Source: Oculina patagonica | Taxonomy: Eukaryota | Assembly: GCF_052425735.1 (NCBI RefSeq) | Contig: NC_135760.1 | Location: forward strand, 10,726,001-10,790,000 | Reading direction: 5' to 3' | Length of the DNA: 64,000 nucleotides | Shown: one piece after another, positions 49,740-64,000 of the stretch | Numbering within the stretch: position 1 is the stretch's first letter | Layout: each line of letters begins with the position of its first letter | Made by a program: the position numbers and the translations under genes | Notes under the pieces: model-generated | Told to the model about the DNA's origin: nothing | The model's input: only the letters and a program-made list of their open reading frames with translations | The model's database searches: none

Positions 49740-49975
49740 TGCCCTGGCCACTAGCTGGATTTGTTTCTCGGTTGTCCCGAGTTCAAATCCTCGACCACGC
49801 TTTGAATATAGCCAACTGGTCTGCCTCCTGCCAGTTGGGATTTTTAACCTTGTTATGTTCATTTAAAAATATTTGTTTCCTCTGTTTCAGTGGCATGCCT
49901 GTAAACTAGCTATCTCGTAGAGATATGAAGCTTAGTGCATGACCACTATAAACACCATTTATTTTTATTTTTACA
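49740..49975 (+). mobile_element. SINE-like fragment (second family)
   Basis: B-box-like gagttcaaatcc and an AT-rich simple-repeat tail. Confidence 0.45.
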
Positions 49976-51649
49976 ATATTCATCAAGAAAATACATGGGA
50001 CATTAATGTTTAATGAGTGTCTTTATATCTGATAAAGACGCAGCTTAATTTTATGTCAAATTTCTTAGTCAATATCCAAAATCTAAACATCAGTGCAAGA
50101 ATGAAAAGATCTACATCAGAGGAGTTGAAGCCGTTCAATAAACTCGCAGTTCGTGCTTTATCAAGTCTAAAACACTCGACTGCACCTCCTGTTTTAAACT
50201 TGATAGAGCACTCCTGCGCTTGTTTATTAATAATTAATGAAGTCTTTCGAGCTCGCTTAACTCGCTTGAGTACTTGAGAGGTCGACTTGTCGCAAGTCTG
50301 GATATTCCAAAGTCGTACTTGCACGGCGATCAAAAGGTCCTTAATTTATTTCCGTTTTTTAAAAAGGAACTTCTGCAAAAGCGGAAAATTAGAAAGGGCT
50401 TAAAAAGGTGACAAAGAAAACACAAGGCACAACAAATAAAATTGACGTTTAATCGTTGATTTTAGCGCATTATTGTACAATCCATTCGATTGAACAGTAA
50501 AGACGGCTATCGGTTGGCCGTCACATATCTGTGCAGACTGCGACCTTCTGCACAGCAAAGCTTCTTCTGAAAGCACATATATGTATATATATAAATATTA
50601 AATTCGCTTTAGAAAATAAATAAATCGTAAAAAAAAAGGAAATATTCAAATTGCCTCCCCTGCACCGTTTCATGGTTTGCCTCACTACCGGTACATTCTT
50701 TCCGACTTCGCAACTTTTTTGCAAAATATTTATGCCTACCCTTTTCACCCCGAGAGCTAACCTAAAACATGCCTTTCTTAATGTACTTTTACGCCTCTAA
50801 ATAAAACCCTGGTGTGTCGCCATTCAAATGAAAGCATTTGAGCGGTACTTTCATGTGGTGCTGCTTGTTTTGCAAAATTTTGCAGCACAAAGATTGAAAT
50901 TTTGTATAATCTTAATTCTGAACTAGGCATATTTTTGGGAATGAAACGCCTAAAGGCATTCCATTTAAAACGAGGCAATGGTACAACAAAGGACAGTAAG
51001 AGAGAGAAAAAAACTTCTAGCTGGTCTCTCTAATTGAAAAAAAGAAATATAATTTTGTTGAAGTCCCCATGGTGATAAATGTAACTTAGAAAACAGCTAT
51101 TGAGTGGAGTAGCTCCCAAGGTAGAATTTTACCTCCATAAACCCAAAAAAAAAAACATTAACTGACCATTTCTGTCCATGGGGAAAAAATGTTACAGAAA
51201 CTGACTGTTCAGAAATGCTTACCGTAAACAGATTCTGATGAAGTATAAAAAATTGACAAATATAAAAAAACTAAATTAATAAAGAACATTAACCTCAGTA
51301 AACTGTAACTTATCACAGACATTTAACGTCTCAACAAGGCTAAGCATACAAGAAATCTTTAAAAAGACTTACATGTAAAACATGAGAAACCGGTGACATA
51401 AAAACCCATTATTTCAATTTTAAAAAAATGTACCTTTGCTTACACTTGAAATATTGGGGTTTTATGTCAAGAAACATTGAATTATTAAAGGGCAACTACA
51501 CACTACACTATGTTTCTCAAAGGCCCAACATCCACCAAGGGCATATTGTTATAAAATTGCTACAAATTTAGGTCAGAAAATTAACCGTCAGATGCCTATG
51601 TCTGCGAGACACAGTTATACAACAATAAAGCCAACTAACCAAGGGTGAC

Positions 51650-51867
51650 CAACCCTCCAAGTTGAGACCATTTTAGTTGCCACGGCGACTTAAATTTTGG
51701 AGCTGGCAACTAAACTGGAACTTAAGTCGCCAGACTGGCAACCAAAATTGAGAAGAAGGATTGACAGCCTGAATTTAATTTAGCGACTAAAATTTTTCAC
51801 TGGCGACCAAACTTGAGCAGTCGGTGGCCAAATGGCCAGTAACGAAAAAAACAAACTTGGAGGATTG
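51650..51867. mobile_element. MITE related to the 55332-57119 element
   Basis: caaccctccaag / cttggaggattg; flanks gtgac / gtgag; internal tggcgac/gtcgcca motifs. Confidence 0.6.
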
Positions 51868-52264
51868 GTGAGGCTTCTGATAAAAGAAGCAATGTCATGG
51901 TCAATTCATTTTCCAAGTTTGTCATTTTGTATTAAGTCTCGATTATAACAATTCTTGTATTTTTTATGAACTCAATAGTTTTAACTTTGTATGTCAAAGA
52001 AGTTTCCGTACTCAATATATTTTGTACCATGACAAAGCTCCTTTAATATGTTGTGCAAAAAGTATCAAAACGTTGTGATTGGATGCATGTAAAGTAAGTG
52101 TTTCAAGTGTTAATTAAATTTGTTATTTCAATATTTGGTTTTACAGAAAGTCATGGTAAATTCTCACAAAAATTTCAGTTTTTGGAAGAATATTTTAAGG
52201 AGTTAAAAAAACTTCTTTTTAAATCAATTCATTACTGTTTTGTCGATGTTATGTTGCACTGATC

Positions 52265-52492
52265 TTCAGTGAAGAGAACTGTTCATTGGACTGATCAGTG
52301 CAAACATAACTATGCCAGAAAAAGAACTCTTAATCCAAGAAAGACATCTATGAGCTTGAATCAAAAGCTACCATACTGATACACAGAGTTGATTGTTTTG
52401 TACCGGCAACCAGAATTCTAAGTCCAAGCTTGATTTCTATCTAAATAGTTTGAGCCCAGCTGTTTAAAGGGGTTGACGAGACACTATCCACT
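52265..52492 (+). repeat. ~230-bp segment duplicated at 55211-55296 plus 57588-57745
   Basis: tcagtgaagaga...aagacatctatgagcttgaa|tcaa.agctacc...gggttgacgagacactatccact is present in both copies. Confidence 0.9.
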
Positions 52493-53442
52493 ACATTAAC
52501 TACCAGATCCAGTGGATAAGTGTTGGCAAAACCAACAACGCTATCCACTGGATAGTGATTTATCCAGTGGATAGCGTTATGCTCCCTTTAAACTGCCAGT
52601 CTGGTGCTACTGGGCAAGTGCATCTCTTACTATGTCATTGGAAGTTAACCTCAACCTTGTGCAAAAAAAAAAACTATTCAAAATTCTCCAACTTAAAAAA
52701 TATTAACTTGCGAGCTGGTAGCTATTTACAGCTATAATAATGTACAACAATTTCTTTACAGCAATTCAGCCAATTTTTGGGTATTTGATTAAAGGTTATT
52801 CGCAGAACATAACTGCATGAAATACTGACTTTCACAACAGTTTTCCAAGAGCATTATAACAAACTCTCCTAAGTGATCTCCATACATTTTTTATAGAACT
52901 AGTTGACTGAATATTATTGTTCATATCTCTAGCTTTGTTTTTCTATTGTTTCAAACCATTTTAGTGGTCCCGGTGGATTCAAGACCAGCTCTAATCTTAA
53001 CAGAATCACTTAAAATAGCAGAACATAACTTCTATAAAAGATATCACATGGTGTTTGCAAACAAAATCTGCTTAAACCTAGAGACGTGATACTAAAATTC
53101 ACTGAGTTGAAAAGACATACAGTTATACGTATAAGTTCAATGACATTACTTGACTGACTTATCCATAATTTCATGAGTTTATTCTCACCGCTAAACAAAT
53201 ATGTTGTAAAAACTGCTTACAACATTGCATTTGCTACTATTCTTAAAAATTATTACCTAATGAAATAAAGTGAATGAAACTAAAATTGGCTTCTTCCAAA
53301 AGGGTCCTCACCAATCTGTTTTCCCTATAAAACTTCATCCCATCAGCAATTAGGGCGAAAATCCGCTCCTCTCACAAGTGGAAAGTTTGAGTGTAAAATA
53401 TTCATAGATTGTTGATATTAAAAATAAGGACGACCAGCTCTA

Positions 53443-61120
<7,678 letters not shown>

Positions 61121-61189
61121 CTGTTGAGAAATAAGTCAAGGAAATGCAACAACAGAGCTGGACCTAAAACGCAACATATTATACAGTAA

Positions 61190-61565
61190 TAATCATAATA
61201 ATAAATAAAATTTTTATAGCACCTATCCAGGCCTGCTCTAGGCACTTTACAAATATGTTAAAAAATTAAGAAAAACATCACTAAAATCACAATTATTATA
61301 ATAAAATAGATAAAAATTCGTTAAAATTAGCTGTATAAATCTTAACAATTAAAAATGTGCATTAAAAGTAATAAAGTAAAAATCACTTAGAATAATAAGT
61401 TTTTTAAAAAATATTTTAAGTTTTAAATTTAGATTTAAAAGAACTTAAATTGTCACACGAGCGAATAAAAACAGGCAGACTGTTCCAGAGTTCAGGCGAG
61501 GAAACAGCAAAAGCTTGAGACCCATACGACTTGAGGTGGAATTTGACAGGGTTTAGACGTGAAGA
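61190..61565 (-). mobile_element. L2-clade LINE 3' fragment
   Basis: LKSYGSQAFAVSSPELWNSLP...FKSKFKT matches the typical L2 ORF2 end; followed by a UTR and an ATT-rich tail. Confidence 0.7.
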
Positions 61566-64000
61566 GTACAAAAAACTTAAAGTTTTGTCAATGATTTTCA
61601 ACCACTTTTAAACTTGACATTTTTTAAAAAAACTTTATTTTAGTGACAGTTGCTAATGGCAAATACAAAAGCCCCCTGTTTCTATATATTCTTATTTATT
61701 ATTATCTGTTTCTATATATTCTTTCAACTGCACAGGTTTAAGTGTCAAACGTATTTTGCCTGATCTCTTATTCATGAGCAACAGGTTGTAAACAGCTGTT
61801 TTTACACCTTAGACTAATGCTAGGAATATTAATTTCCATCACTGAATTCCACAGATTTATTCTAGTGTTACAGTGTAGTTCTGAAAATTTATTGTTACAT
61901 GAAGAACATGTCCTCTAGTTCGCATTCTTTATTCTTATCACTTCTTTGCTTGGCAAAGCATTAATTTTGAAGGAGAAGCTAGACTCTCATAACTTTTGGA
62001 AATTCAAGGGTTGACATGGTACATGTATTCAGAAATTCAGATTTCTCCTCTGGTCGCTTACTCTACTCGACAGCAAGGATTCAGAAAAGATGTCTGAAAT
62101 TCTAGAAAAAGATTTATAAGCCACATAAATCATCCTGAATTGGTGATTAATGTGGGAAACCACATTTACAATCTCAAAATACCAAATCGTAGTATTTAGT
62201 CTAAAGAAACACTTGTTCCAAGGCTTTATTCCTGATTGGATATAAATACTCCAAGACAATTATCATTGGATAAAATGAGAATCCTATTCCAAAAACCTGA
62301 AAACGCATGAATAGTAAATCCCCTTTTTACACAAAAGTATAGATCAGAAATGGACCGTGCTATCAAGAAATTGAAAGGGCCCGTGTGCATATAAGTTGTA
62401 GGAAAAAACTACAGAAAAAGCTTTTGTTGGTACTTAGTAACTACAATATATTTGGCAGGAATTTGTGTTTTCATTAACAAGAAAAGCATGGCAGTTATTG
62501 TTAACAATGTTAAATATGTGTATGGTTACTCGTATTTGAAAAGCTACTTCGTTATCACTAGCTCGCTCTTTCTTTCAACTTTTACTGTGTGAGTTTTATG
62601 ACAAAACTACCACAAGATATCAAAGTGTTATTAAAATTGCTGAGTTATGCAAGTTGGTAAGTATAGAACTTTAGTGTCACATTACAGTTTCATTAAAAGT
62701 GAAAGATCTCACTGGCATATCCTTTAGCACAAAAAAACTTTCAGTTATATAATGTGATTCAAAAGCTGTATTTTGTGGAGTACAATAAAATTTTGCCAAA
62801 CACAAAGAAAACAATACTTTTGTTCTAAGGAAGAAAGAATTAGGATTTTTCAACAACTGATACCATGGCAACTGTGACAGCCCCCCTTTTAGCTGCCAAC
62901 TTATCTTTTATGTCATTCAAAATGATAATTATTGCCACAATGAAAAAAAGAAACTTTTTCTCTATATATAATACACAGGAAGCTTACTCGTGCTTTACAT
63001 TTGGTAAAGTTAAAACTTTTGGTTTAGTATAATACATGTAAATTCCCGACACCAATAAATTGCGATATTCAACGAATATACTGGCTTGCCTTGGACAGCT
63101 ATTTAAGTCTTCAACCACTAATCCTTATAAGCAGAATATTGAAGAGGTCAGGTAGGCAAGGAATCTTGGTTTGAATATTCTATAAAGCTTTGAACACAAA
63201 AATCTAGAACACATGCCACAAATACCATACACAGGCTAGAAATACGAATAATAAATCGATAAACTACATCAAAAGTACTGATCCAAGAAGTCCGATCCTT
63301 TCGGTTCCTAAGAAAAGAAAAGACATCACATAAAGGAAGTTGCCCATTGTTGTCATGGCTCGAAATACAGGATCGCTTATTCCACAGACCGGAAACTCGA
63401 CATTGAGCACAAAAGAAAGCCGAAATTTCCTACGCAAGCTACCGACAAGGGCGGCCGTCGACTTGTTAAAAACACTAAAGAAGAGGAAAATGATTTGAGA
63501 GGCTTCACACACAAAATACATCAATATGTTATAATACCACTAATAACTCGCATGAAATTATGTCGGCGTCTTAACACAAAGCGAAATTGGCAAGCAACAG
63601 GTGGGAGCGATCGGAAAGCGCTTTTCAAAAAGCCCATACTCCTACAAAGAGAAAAGTTCAAAATTTATGCCATACCAAAAACCACAAATATTCGTCTTTT
63701 CACTGTGAACGAAAACAGCCTTGCACAATCTCTATGGGAGGCCGAGCCTTTCTTCAATTTATTTCTTTATAAGCTATGGATTGATATTTGTAGCGAAGCT
63801 TTGAAATTTATTTATCAAACGAAAGCGAACTTCAAGATTTCGATTTGTCTTACCAAACGCAACTTTTCATCCCCAGAGCTTTGCGAAGTGATAAATTCAA
63901 ACAACAGAGATTCGAGGGATAGCTGGCCCCTCCTTGGACCAAACCTCTCTCTAAAACTGATGTCGAATCATTGTTTTACATTTTACTTTGTCACGCTACA

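Noticed and set aside
62029-62520. Missing upstream NLK exon or a decayed gene
   Set aside because: No frame matches the expected NLK sequence; multiple stops and no identifiable homology.

Overview
This is AT-rich, intron-containing animal DNA. The gene content and repeat types suggest a cnidarian, most likely a stony coral (inferred, not shown directly). It is not prokaryotic, and I found no CRISPR array, rRNA or bona fide tRNA. Six protein-coding genes can be built by hand with GT-AG introns and consistent phases. (1) An IPNS/PcbC-like Fe(II)/2-oxoglutarate dioxygenase 'A' (minus, 1733->6005, start unresolved). (2) A VIAAT/SLC32-like amino-acid transporter with an intronless CDS (12775-14040, plus). 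(3) A paralogous dioxygenase 'B' (15755-23012, plus) with identical intron positions. (4) A 335-aa WD40 protein (26598-32459, minus). (5) An SLC22-family organic ion transporter (38390-47163, minus). (6) The 3' part of Nemo-like kinase (53443->61120, minus). Introns and spacers are full of MITEs, SINEs and LINE fragments, many with readable TIRs and TSDs. The best candidate for an undescribed system is the divergent dioxygenase-transporter-dioxygenase cassette, with an SLC22 gene nearby and shared CRE/bZIP promoter motifs; it resembles a small animal metabolic gene cluster. Also notable: a nested transposon in an NLK intron with its empty site preserved in a nearby duplicate, a retained mini-transposase ORF, a MITE inserted in the WD40 stop codon, and a ~229-codon stop-free frame at the window end that the ORF track misses.
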